This document shows, piece by piece, positions 9,268 through 18,161 of a stretch of 41,127 bases of DNA; the first letter of the stretch is position 1; each line of letters starts with the position of its first letter. The position numbers and the translations under genes are program-made. Below the pieces are notes generated by a model. That model saw only the letters and a program-made list of their open reading frames with translations. It was not told the origin of the DNA and ran no database searches. The DNA is from an uncultured Saprospiraceae bacterium (GTDB taxonomy: Bacteria > Bacteroidota > Bacteroidia > Chitinophagales > Saprospiraceae): contig CAYUNA010000001.1 in assembly GCA_964445895.1 (NCBI GenBank), positions 1-41,127 of the forward strand, given 5' to 3'.

Positions 9268-9337
9268 CATTATTAAAGAAACCTATTTTCTAAATAGAAA
9301 TATCCTTATTAGCAGGAATCAAAAAAACACTTGAAGC

Positions 9338-10117
9338 ATGCCACTACAAATTAACAAGAATGCCCTCAAACGCCCTTTGGAAAAAATGTTGACAGAATGT
9401 TCCAACGCCGTATTTATTGGATTGGCTGCAACTAAAGATTTAAAAGATTCTCCAGAGTTTTTGATGGGGCAAGACAATTTTCAGATGTACAGCCCATTTT
9501 TTCAGAAAATGCCATTAGATAAAAGCAAATTATATTTTCAAAACTGGGTTGTAAAAAAAGGAGTAGAAGATTTGATAAAAGGAGTGTTTTCGATGTTGAT
9601 TGAAGTTGTCAAAACCATTAAAAAGGTAGAAGCTATCAAAGAGATAAAGCCGACAAGTTTAGAAGAATTGGAAGGCATTCTGAACGACCCATTTAGTAGG
9701 GTGGACAAAAAATCATTTCCCAATTTAATTGACCTAATTAAACCGTATTTGAATGAAGAAATGACCTATTTAAATGAAATTAAATCTATTAATCGAATAA
9801 GACGATGCTTGGTTCATCGGGATGGGTTAGTTACATCAATTGACGTTCAAGAGGGAGAGGAAAATTTAGTCCTTTTATGGAGAAAACCAGAAGTGACTTA
9901 TGAAGCAAGTGGACAACAAAAACCTTTAGGCTTTGGAGCATTATTGACTGGTGATATGCCGCCTCTTAATCTTAGCTTTAATCAAAAAAGAAAAGAATTT
10001 AAACTCAATGAATCTATTGAAATTGATTACGAACTTTTTAATGAAATTATATGGACTTGTCAGTTGTTTGGGGATAATTTGATTGCTAATTTAGACTTTG
10101 GACAAGTAAAAAAGTAA
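9338..10117 (+). CDS. 259-aa hypothetical protein with Rx4H (HEPN-like) motif
   Basis: ATG-initiated ORF. INRIR-RCLVH-RDG at aa 155-160 (nt 9800-9817). Its stop codon is only 8 nt from the stop of the convergent 1411-aa gene. Confidence 0.65.
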   Translation: MPLQINKNALKRPLEKMLTECSNAVFIGLAATKDLKDSPEFLMGQDNFQMYSPFFQKMPLDKSKLYFQNWVVKKGVEDLIKGVFSMLIEVVKTIKKVEAIKEIKPTSLEELEGILNDPFSRVDKKSFPNLIDLIKPYLNEEMTYLNEIKSINRIRRCLVHRDGLVTSIDVQEGEENLVLLWRKPEVTYEASGQQKPLGFGALLTGDMPPLNLSFNQKRKEFKLNESIEIDYELFNEIIWTCQLFGDNLIANLDFGQVKK

Positions 10118-10125
10118 GATTTCTA

Positions 10126-13100
10126 CTACTTTACACAGAGTCCGTTTTCACTATGTTCTGAAGTCAAGAATGATACATCAGCGTATTCATTTTGCAATAC
10201 TAAAATATGGCATCTTCTTGTGGTATCATCACTATTTTGTGTTTTAAAATTGATTATTGCCTGTACGCTTTTACCAACCAAAGTTGTATTATCTATTTCA
10301 CTATCATCGGGCAATATTGATTTCAATTTATCAAAACCAAAATCTACCATAACTTCAATTAATCCAGCTTGATAAACAGGTTTAACAGATATAATAGTTC
10401 CCGTTCTGATGTCCAGTTTTGCGAAATCTTCTAATTGAATCTGTGGTTTGATAGTCGCCACGTTTGTTTTGTACCAGACTTCTAATATTTCAAAAAGAAT
10501 CTCGGTCTGAAAATGAGTCTGCTGGGAAAGATAACGAAAAGACCGGAAAATTAGATTTGGGAAAAAATTAGTAATTAAGACAGACATAATCTCATGGATG
10601 GCTTTAATTTTTTTATCTTCAGTTATAGACTTAGCCATAATGAGTCGATTCATAAAGTGAAATACTTTCAATAAACTATGCCCGTAGTTGTTTGTGTTGA
10701 GTTCAAAAAAATGATGACAAACCTTAAAATTATCTAATCGAATTGCTGCATACAAAACATCTTCTTTTACAGCAATATTCTTGTAATTTAGTTGTAATAA
10801 TTTGACCAATTTCTCGTTCAAAAAATCATGACTAATCATTTCATTATTTTGTTTTTGAAATTTTATTAAATCAACCGTTCCAAGTGCCTTTATTCCGAGG
10901 TCATTTTTTGTAACTTCTCTAAAAACATAATCATCAGATAACAAAACAAAATTGTTTTCCTGAGCGATAAGAACTGTATCATAGAAGCTGTTTTCATAAA
11001 TTTCTACCTTTCTTTGATGTTCTTCTATTCTGCCTTCTTTTCTAAGATTAACAGGCGACGGCGGGTGGCAATACTTTTCTACAAAAGAAAGTAAGTCTGT
11101 AAAATATTTGAGTGTCGCTTCTTTTTCTTTTCTTGTTTTTTCATATCTGAATTCCTGTCCATCTTTTTCAATAATCTGAAAAGAATTCTGCTTCAACTCC
11201 TCTTCTTTTTGGATAAGTAAGTTTTTTACAAGTTCCAAAGTAGAGTAAGAGATGTGTATTTTACCATAAAAAGTATTAATCCATTGCCCCAATTCTAAAT
11301 GATGAAGGGCTAAAATTGAAGTAACATCGCAGCAAAATTCCACGTTTGCATTTTTAAGATGCAAAAACACTTCTACGGTTTCCTCTTCAAATCCAGAAGA
11401 ACAGTTGATTCCAATTGATTCATCATTAATGAATTTGTGCCACAATAGAATTGGGTTGATATTTTCATAGAAAGCAACAAAGCCAAGAGGGACATTACTT
11501 TTTCGATAAAAACTATGTACTTGCTCAACAGCTTCCTGACGCTTTCTGTTTTGTTCTAAATTTTTATCCAAGAATGTTTTTATAGACTCCAAACCATTGC
11601 CTATCACTATTTTCAAATTTGGGTCATCACTAAATTTTCCACCTAACAATTCGATACTTTGCAGAAAAGCATAGTGGTCTTTGGTCAAAATCTTACTGAC
11701 TCTAACCGTTTGTTCTACATTTAAGAAATTATTCTCACCCCAAGGGATAATATCTCCGACTTTTTTTGCTTTTAACTTTTCAAATAAAGGGTCGCTGACG
11801 TTTATCTCATGCCTTGCTTTATTCGCATCAACTCTATTCTCAATTATGTAAGTGATTTGAAAAGCGTTCTCCTTTTCTAAAAACACTACAGTATCTAATC
11901 CAACTTCATTAACTCTTAACTCTTCCTTCGTCTGATTGATTTTTGTACTAATGAAAACATAAGCCTGATGCGCTTCTGCTGTGTCAAATAAGCGGCGCAT
12001 TTCATAGACAAGGTTTAATACTTCTGCCTTTTTGCCTACCTGAAGCAGCATCGAAGCAATTCTTTGCACTGAAAAAACAGAAAGTTGTGCAAGTGGTATT
12101 TTCTGAATTTTTGATAAAATATCCTTTGTTTCTTCCTCCAGATAAAAAGTCAACTCTCCAAGTCTTAGCAACATTTCCACATCCTCTTCATAAGTGCTGC
12201 AATACAATTTCATTAAATCGAATGCCGCTCGAAAATCTTTGATATAGACATACGTATTGATTAACTCTTTGGTCAAATAAGTTGTTATGCCTATAGCCTC
12301 ATAAGACTCTTTGCAATGCGCAATTACTTTATTAAAATTACCACTTTCTTTGTAGCAATGAATTAAGCATTCAGATAAATAACTTGGTTCTGCTGGCGAC
12401 AAGAATTTTTCAAAGATTACGACGGCTTCAGCAAATTTTTCAGATTCCATTAGTGATATGGCCAATTCACTTAATTCAGTATCTGTGGTGTTTTCGTCAA
12501 TTAGATTGAGTGCTTCCTCTGCATATTGATTGACCTTTTCAAATTCTTCTTTGGCAAAAGCCAATCTCCCTTTGAGAGCTAATACAGAAATACAAACAGG
12601 TGCTTTTTCTAACAGACTATTCATTTTTTCTAACCTATTACAAGATAAATAAAGGTTTGACAAGAAATGTATAGCTCTATCTATTAGAAGTGAATCGGGA
12701 TGATTTTTAATGAATTTTTCTAATCTTGAAATAGCTTCTTCTTGATTTTCAGGTTTATAAGTGTTAAAAAGAGACTCTGCAAAAATCATCAAGACATCGT
12801 GATAATCGGGATGCGTAAAATCATTTATTTCTCTGCACATTTGTATCAAATCATCCTGTTTTCCCCATTTTTTTAAGAAGTAAATTTTTTGACTATACAA
12901 TGAGGGGGTCTCTTCTACATTTAAGGCAACATCTATCCACTTAATAGCTTCCTCATAAAGTCCTAACGCTGAATATACCGTGCTAATATTGATAGGCATT
13001 CCTATAAATTCCTTGTTCAAATCCGTGTTTCCATGTACTTCCCATACTTCTTTATACAATTTAATGGCTAAGCGTAAATCGCTCTTTTTATATTCTGGGA

Positions 13101-14361
13101 TAAAAGTTTCCTTTACGGAGTGAAACCTAGAGGAATAAGTGTACGAAATGTTGTAAGCTAAAATTGGTTTGTATAATAAGCCATTGTCATCACGATTAGC
13201 AATGGCTTTCAACATATAAATTTTGTATTTCTCAATATTATCTTTCCTTAAATATGCTTTTGCAAGAGAATAATTCAACTCTGAATTGCTGATTAAATTA
13301 GTAGGCAGATTATCAATAACATCTTCGATATTACAATTTTCTTCATTTAATTGAATGACAAAATTTTGTAAGGTATTCGGATGATGAAGTTTTAATTCTT
13401 CACTCAATTCCTCCGCTTTTTCAGGTTGATTGAGCATTCTATATCCTACTAATGCTTGATAAATAGCGTTAGAAGAATTAGGGGCATAAACCAATGCCTC
13501 GATATAGTTTTGACCTGCTACCTGAAATTTCCCTAAGCGCTCCCTTGACTTGCCAAGATTCCCGATAGTCAAAAACATCAATTTATTATCATTAACCTGG
13601 TCACGTTCCAATTTTGATTTCAATTCTAAAAGAACCTGTTCTGCTTTGTAGTAATTTTGAATTTTTAGTAATTCCAGACCTTCATTTAGTCTATCTTTAT
13701 ATTCAGCAATTAAGCTATTTACAAAATCCTCTGTTTTCGACTTACTGATTGCTTCTAACAGTCTATTTTCCATCTGCACCAAGCCATTATTTACTCCACC
13801 TATTGCCTCTCTGGTAGCTTCAACACCGATAGAAATTTCATCCAATTTTCTCCTCTGTCCATCAATATTAGCCCGTATCTGTTCAATTACTTCATGTGAC
13901 TCAAAAACTTGATATAAAAGCACATAAATACCTTGCCTTTCAGATAATTGATTAAACAAAGTCTCTTGAAAACCTGATAAAGCGTTACGAATTAGTCTCT
14001 GCGCCAATTTGCTATCAATAGATTGACTGTGTTCTTCATCCAAAATTTTTAAAAAATTCTGAATCAGTAATTCGATAAAATCAGGCTTTGTCAGGGCTTC
14101 TCGAAAATTAGATACATTCTGAATATTTAAATTGAAGAGAGCTACTAACCTTTTTCGTTCTAACCGAACAAGCCATTCTAATTGTTGTAAAGTTGTTTTT
14201 TCACCTGCCTTTACTTTTGCCTTTTCGTCACTTAAACATTTTTGGAAAGAATTATAAAATACATTTTCTAACTGACTAACCGCTCCAAATGCTGTGAGTT
14301 TTTTAACCCAACTTGAAAAACCTGCAATGTTGCCAAATGTAAATTTGAATATCTCAAGCAT
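10126..14361 (-). CDS. 1411-aa multidomain protein: N-terminal coiled-coil, TPR-like array, GreA/B-C-like, PIN-like, C-terminal tRNA-binding (Trbp111/CsaA-type OB)-like
   Basis: Single uninterrupted ORF. aa ~815-895 TYIIENRVDANKARHEINVSDPLFEKLKAKKVGDII aligns by eye to the GreA C-domain ([31 protein letters not shown]). aa ~1005-1165 EFCCDVTSILAL...LLSDDYVF...GTVDLI shows PIN-like acidic residues. aa ~1305-1405 LEDFAKLDIRTGTIISVKP...VDFG...LVGKSVQAIINFK resembles the tRNA_bind OB. Confidence 0.9.
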   Translation of the reverse strand: MLEIFKFTFGNIAGFSSWVKKLTAFGAVSQLENVFYNSFQKCLSDEKAKVKAGEKTTLQQLEWLVRLERKRLVALFNLNIQNVSNFREALTKPDFIELLIQNFLKILDEEHSQSIDSKLAQRLIRNALSGFQETLFNQLSERQGIYVLLYQVFESHEVIEQIRANIDGQRRKLDEISIGVEATREAIGGVNNGLVQMENRLLEAISKSKTEDFVNSLIAEYKDRLNEGLELLKIQNYYKAEQVLLELKSKLERDQVNDNKLMFLTIGNLGKSRERLGKFQVAGQNYIEALVYAPNSSNAIYQALVGYRMLNQPEKAEELSEELKLHHPNTLQNFVIQLNEENCNIEDVIDNLPTNLISNSELNYSLAKAYLRKDNIEKYKIYMLKAIANRDDNGLLYKPILAYNISYTYSSRFHSVKETFIPEYKKSDLRLAIKLYKEVWEVHGNTDLNKEFIGMPINISTVYSALGLYEEAIKWIDVALNVEETPSLYSQKIYFLKKWGKQDDLIQMCREINDFTHPDYHDVLMIFAESLFNTYKPENQEEAISRLEKFIKNHPDSLLIDRAIHFLSNLYLSCNRLEKMNSLLEKAPVCISVLALKGRLAFAKEEFEKVNQYAEEALNLIDENTTDTELSELAISLMESEKFAEAVVIFEKFLSPAEPSYLSECLIHCYKESGNFNKVIAHCKESYEAIGITTYLTKELINTYVYIKDFRAAFDLMKLYCSTYEEDVEMLLRLGELTFYLEEETKDILSKIQKIPLAQLSVFSVQRIASMLLQVGKKAEVLNLVYEMRRLFDTAEAHQAYVFISTKINQTKEELRVNEVGLDTVVFLEKENAFQITYIIENRVDANKARHEINVSDPLFEKLKAKKVGDIIPWGENNFLNVEQTVRVSKILTKDHYAFLQSIELLGGKFSDDPNLKIVIGNGLESIKTFLDKNLEQNRKRQEAVEQVHSFYRKSNVPLGFVAFYENINPILLWHKFINDESIGINCSSGFEEETVEVFLHLKNANVEFCCDVTSILALHHLELGQWINTFYGKIHISYSTLELVKNLLIQKEEELKQNSFQIIEKDGQEFRYEKTRKEKEATLKYFTDLLSFVEKYCHPPSPVNLRKEGRIEEHQRKVEIYENSFYDTVLIAQENNFVLLSDDYVFREVTKNDLGIKALGTVDLIKFQKQNNEMISHDFLNEKLVKLLQLNYKNIAVKEDVLYAAIRLDNFKVCHHFFELNTNNYGHSLLKVFHFMNRLIMAKSITEDKKIKAIHEIMSVLITNFFPNLIFRSFRYLSQQTHFQTEILFEILEVWYKTNVATIKPQIQLEDFAKLDIRTGTIISVKPVYQAGLIEVMVDFGFDKLKSILPDDSEIDNTTLVGKSVQAIINFKTQNSDDTTRRCHILVLQNEYADVSFLTSEHSENGLCVK

Positions 14362-14521
14362 ATTTTTATCTATATTTTTTGTAAAAATATGTTTTTCAAT
14401 AGAAAATCGTCACTAATTAGCTTGATGAATCAAAAATTAATCTCGTTCATTTTTATTACGGATAGAAAATTGAGGTTCTTTATGGCTAAAAATTTCATAT
14501 TCTTTTGAGTAAAAAAGGGTT

Positions 14522-14734
14522 TAATTTTATCAGGAATATTTACGATTTAGACAAAGGTTTTCCAAAAGAAACCTCTGGCTCTTTCATTAGAATACTTTAT
14601 TTAGTTGCCAGTACCATCACTACTTTAGAATTGGGAGATATTTACCCAATTAGCGATTGGGCGCGTTTTGGGTAATTATTGAAAGTATTTTAGGCGTTGT
14701 TATAATAAGAATTGGCATCAGCCATTTTTTTTAA
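14522..14734 (+). pseudogene. Degraded K+-channel pore fragment
   Basis: One frame reads ...SFIRILYLVASTITTLELGDIYPISDWARFG*, a pore helix plus a degenerate TTxGxGD filter. After a frameshift it continues VIIESILGVVIIRIGISHFF (inner helix). There is no start and no TM1. Confidence 0.35.
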
Positions 14735-14803
14735 GGAGATAGATGGAAGAAGTATCGAGACAGACATATATTAAATAGTCTCAGTATTAACTACACAATA
14801 TTT

Positions 14804-15538
14804 TCACTCTTTAGGTTTAATTATCCTCCGTGTCCCAATCTTAATATTCACAAATTCCACCAACACCGCAAACGCCATAGAAAAATAAATATAGCCTTTG
14901 GGAATATGGAAATCTATGCCTTCTGCAATTAGAGCAGTCCCAATCATCAACAAAAAGGAAAGGGCTAAAACTTTCACAGCAGGATGTTTATTGACAAAAT
15001 TGCTCAAAGCAGTTGCCGCTAACATCATTATGCCTATTGCTACCACTACCGCAGCAATCATTATTTCCAAGTGCTTTGCCATACCGACAGCGGTAATCAC
15101 AGAATCGAAAGAAAAGACGATATCAATCAGGATAATTTGTAGGACGATATTTTGAAACGTGACTTTTTGGGCAGAAGAAATTATGGGAGATGCTTCATTT
15201 TCTGCGGCCTCCATCTTATCGTGTATTTCCATCACACTTTTATAAATCAAGAATAACCCACCTAAAATCAGGATAATATCACGCCCCGAAATCCCCATTT
15301 CTCCTACTTGGAAAAGGTCTCTGGTCAGTCCCATAATCCATGAAATCGAAAAAAGCAAACCTATCCTGGTCAGCAGAGCCAAACTCAATCCGACCTGTCG
15401 AGCCTTCGCCTGTTGTTGCTGGGGAAGTTTATTGGCCAGTATTGAAATAAAAATCAGGTTGTCTATGCCCAAAACGATTTCTAGAGCACAAAGCGTTAAA
15501 AATGAAGTCCAAATATCCGGGTTTGTTATCCACTCCAT
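14804..15538 (-). CDS. TerC-family integral membrane protein
   Basis: 244 aa and polytopic. LEIVLGIDNLIFISILANKLP and the second repeat DIVFSFDSVITAVGM are typical of TerC/YjbE. Confidence 0.9.
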   Translation of the reverse strand: MEWITNPDIWTSFLTLCALEIVLGIDNLIFISILANKLPQQQQAKARQVGLSLALLTRIGLLFSISWIMGLTRDLFQVGEMGISGRDIILILGGLFLIYKSVMEIHDKMEAAENEASPIISSAQKVTFQNIVLQIILIDIVFSFDSVITAVGMAKHLEIMIAAVVVAIGIMMLAATALSNFVNKHPAVKVLALSFLLMIGTALIAEGIDFHIPKGYIYFSMAFAVLVEFVNIKIGTRRIIKPKE

Positions 15539-15580
15539 GAAGTATTTATTTTATGGTGATTAAGCGTTCGTTTCTATATT

Positions 15581-16375
15581 TTACTCGTAGATACCATTAT
15601 TCAATTGCTCTAAAATCCCTTCCATCTGCCCAACCGTTTCCTGGTACCCCAGTTCATACAACGCATCCACGTTATCAAAGTTAAAAAGCCCGTATTGCAT
15701 TACTTCTTTGGGTTCAATAATTACATTGAATTTAGGAAAATTGAGTTGCGAGTTATGGGCGACCATCACATGAAAGACCCGCATTCCAATGGTAAACATA
15801 TCGTCCAGTTCATTCTTGGGAGTGGGGACGTTGGGTATCACATTGACCCCGATGCGGTAGGTGGAATCCGCCAAAAGTGGTTCTACGGGTAGGTTGTCAA
15901 ATAGCCCACCATCCACTAAGGTTGCGCCATTGATTTCGACGGGATTAAAGATTAATGGGATAGCACAGGATGCCATCACCGCCGAGTATAATTCTCCTTC
16001 GTCGAGTATCACTTTGTTGCCCGTTTCAAGATTGGTTGCCGTGACTGAAAGGGGAATTTTCAGACTTTCAAAACTGTTATCTTCGATGTACTCGCCTAAG
16101 AGTTCTCCTAAATAATCCAGTTTGGTCAAGCCTAAAATGGGCAATCCCCATTTATACAAACTCAACAGGTTTCCCCGTTTGGCAAATTCAAGCATCTTTT
16201 CTACGGAAAGCCCTGCGGCGTAGAGAGCTGCGATAATTGCTCCCCCACTCGTTCCAGTTACGCAGTCTGCTTTGATGCCCCGTTCGTTTAGGGCTTGAAT
16301 CACGCCGATATGGGCGGCGGCTCGTGCGCCACCGCCAGAGAAAGATAGTCCTATTTTGGGCTTTTCGTTTGCCAT
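15581..16375 (-). CDS. Patatin-like phospholipase
   Basis: GLSFSGGGARAAAHIGV (oxyanion GGGxR), GTSGGA (GxSxG) and the VDGGLFDN catalytic Asp motif. Confidence 0.9.
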   Translation of the reverse strand: MANEKPKIGLSFSGGGARAAAHIGVIQALNERGIKADCVTGTSGGAIIAALYAAGLSVEKMLEFAKRGNLLSLYKWGLPILGLTKLDYLGELLGEYIEDNSFESLKIPLSVTATNLETGNKVILDEGELYSAVMASCAIPLIFNPVEINGATLVDGGLFDNLPVEPLLADSTYRIGVNVIPNVPTPKNELDDMFTIGMRVFHVMVAHNSQLNFPKFNVIIEPKEVMQYGLFNFDNVDALYELGYQETVGQMEGILEQLNNGIYE

Positions 16376-16929
16376 TTCAATTGTTGAGTACGATACAAAA
16401 TTACCAAGACACCCAATTTATTCTCTTTGTTTAAGACGGGTGCTACGACCATCGGGGTCTTGGCATCATCTTCCAAAAAGGTGACTTGTTCAGTCTGCAA
16501 TATCGCATTCAAATTGGAAATTAGAAAAATATCTTCCTCTTTTTTCTTGTTGGTCGAAACCAAAACCCTACCATCTTCTTCTTCCAAATAAGAAATTTCC
16601 AAGATGTTTTCGGACTTCACCAACTGCTTAAAATAGCCATCAACATCATCGTAATCTTCAAAGATAACTCTGTTCCCTGTTGCCCACGCAAGGGCTTTCG
16701 CGGTGGTCGTTAAACCTTCTTTCTCTACGGCGGAAAGCGTGTTTTGCGCTTCGGTTTTCAAGACCTCTTTTTCGGATTCAAATACAGCTTGCTGCTGGGT
16801 CAATGCTTTGCTTTGGGTGATGTAAGAGAAGCCCGAAAATGCGGCTAAACCGACCAATAAGACGTAGAAAAACCAGTTTCTACGAAGGTGTCCTTTTTCG
16901 GTTGTGGTCGTTACTGTTGTTTCCGCCAT
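16351..16929 (-). CDS. Membrane-anchored hypothetical protein (PDC/Cache-like extracytoplasmic domain, guess)
   Basis: 192 aa with one N-terminal TM (WFFYVLLVGLAAFSGFSYI). Overlaps the patatin start by 25 nt. Confidence 0.65.
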   Translation of the reverse strand: MAETTVTTTTEKGHLRRNWFFYVLLVGLAAFSGFSYITQSKALTQQQAVFESEKEVLKTEAQNTLSAVEKEGLTTTAKALAWATGNRVIFEDYDDVDGYFKQLVKSENILEISYLEEEDGRVLVSTNKKKEEDIFLISNLNAILQTEQVTFLEDDAKTPMVVAPVLNKENKLGVLVILYRTQQLKWQTKSPK

Positions 16930-16956
16930 GACGATTTTTTGTTTTGATATTGTTGT

Positions 16957-16994
16957 AAAAAAAGTGCGATAGCAAAGTGACTTTCCTATCGCAC
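16957..16994 (-). terminator. Rho-independent terminator (minus strand)
   Basis: Stem gtgcgatag / ctatcgcac, followed on the minus strand by TTTTTTT (16957-16963). Confidence 0.55.
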
Positions 16995-17103
16995 GAAATT
17001 TCCCTAACTCTAAAAGACGTGAAGGTGTTAAACCAAATCTTTAACGTAATCTACTGTCCCTTCACTTATATTTGAGATTATAATTTGTCTATTTCTCGAA
17101 GCC

Positions 17104-17135
17104 AAAAAGGGCAGGGAAAATGGGGGATTCCCTGC
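17104..17135 (-). terminator. Rho-independent terminator of 17157-18098
   Basis: Stem gcagggaa / ttccctgc, followed on the minus strand by CCTTTTTGG. It sits 22 nt after the stop. Confidence 0.6.
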
Positions 17136-17156
17136 GCCTATTTAGCCCATATTACT

Positions 17157-18098
17157 TTATCTTAATTGAAATTGGGAAGAACCCAACAAGCCCCAATCTG
17201 CATAAACAGATACTCGATAAGCTCCACCCCGCAACTTTTCTTCCAATGCTTGAATAAACTGCAAGCGAATACCATTTTGCAAAGTCGCTCTGATGGTTTG
17301 CTGTGCGATAATTGGAAACGCATCACCGCCTGTGTTTGGGTTAATGGTTGTGCTGACAGGATTTTTCACCTTGATAGGTGTTCCTTTTGCATCTGTAATA
17401 ACCAGGTACAGGCGTTCTTCTTTCAACTTATCTTTAGGGATGCTTTTCAAGTCAAAACTCACGACAATTTCCCGCGCTCGGTTGTGGCTCGAAGTGATTT
17501 TGTCGTTGGCTTTTTTGACATCCACCCGCATATTGGTGACGCGAGAGTTCGCCGCAGCCAGTTTTTTCAACTCTTTTTCCATCCCAATATTCAACTGCTT
17601 CATCTGCGCAATTTCACCCTCCAGTACTTTGTTTCGTTCATTGGCGGCGGCTACGTCTCCGGTCAGTTGTGCATTAGCAGCAGTCAATCGGGCATTTTCT
17701 TTTTTCAATTGAGCAATCACCGCCGTCAAATCTTTTTTGATGGTGCGCAATTGGTCAATTTCTGTTTGCATCCCTTTGGCATCTTTCGCAAAATCACTTT
17801 TGATTCGCTTGATTTCAGCCCTTTTAGCTTCGACTTTATCGGAAGTTTCAGCAAACAAAATTTTCATGGAATCATTGACTGACATTAATTCATCGTAGTC
17901 AGAATGTAGGTCGTCAATTTCTTCCAAAAGGTCGTCCCGAAGTCCTGATAGTGTTTCGACTTCTGCATTCAATTCCTGATTTTCAGCCGTTAAATTGGTC
18001 GTTTGATTCCAAAAATAACCACCCACAAGGATTGCCAATAAAAGCAAAACGCCAAGAATAATAGTGGTTTTTTTTGAGCTTTGATTTGAATTTTCCAT
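17157..18098 (-). CDS. Membrane-anchored coiled-coil protein
   Basis: 313 aa. N-terminal TM TTIILGVLLLLAILVGGYFW, then a long heptad-rich region and a C-terminal beta-rich domain. Confidence 0.75.
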   Translation of the reverse strand: MENSNQSSKKTTIILGVLLLLAILVGGYFWNQTTNLTAENQELNAEVETLSGLRDDLLEEIDDLHSDYDELMSVNDSMKILFAETSDKVEAKRAEIKRIKSDFAKDAKGMQTEIDQLRTIKKDLTAVIAQLKKENARLTAANAQLTGDVAAANERNKVLEGEIAQMKQLNIGMEKELKKLAAANSRVTNMRVDVKKANDKITSSHNRAREIVVSFDLKSIPKDKLKEERLYLVITDAKGTPIKVKNPVSTTINPNTGGDAFPIIAQQTIRATLQNGIRLQFIQALEEKLRGGAYRVSVYADWGLLGSSQFQLR

Positions 18099-18161
18099 TG
18101 TTTTAAAATCGTTTGAAGTTGATTAATGTAGCAAAGCCAAGCCCGTTGTAAGACGGGCTTA

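Noticed and set aside
14362-14420. GTGACG-N15-ACATATTT upstream of the 1411-aa gene, considered as an eighth promoter-motif copy.
   Set aside because: Only the upstream half resembles the motif. The downstream box does not match GTCTTTAT, so it is not counted.
15581-16375. Patatin-like phospholipase, considered as a CBASS-type or other defence effector.
   Set aside because: No cyclase, nucleotidyltransferase or sensor gene is adjacent. It is embedded among TerC and membrane genes, and its size and motifs fit housekeeping RssA-type patatins.
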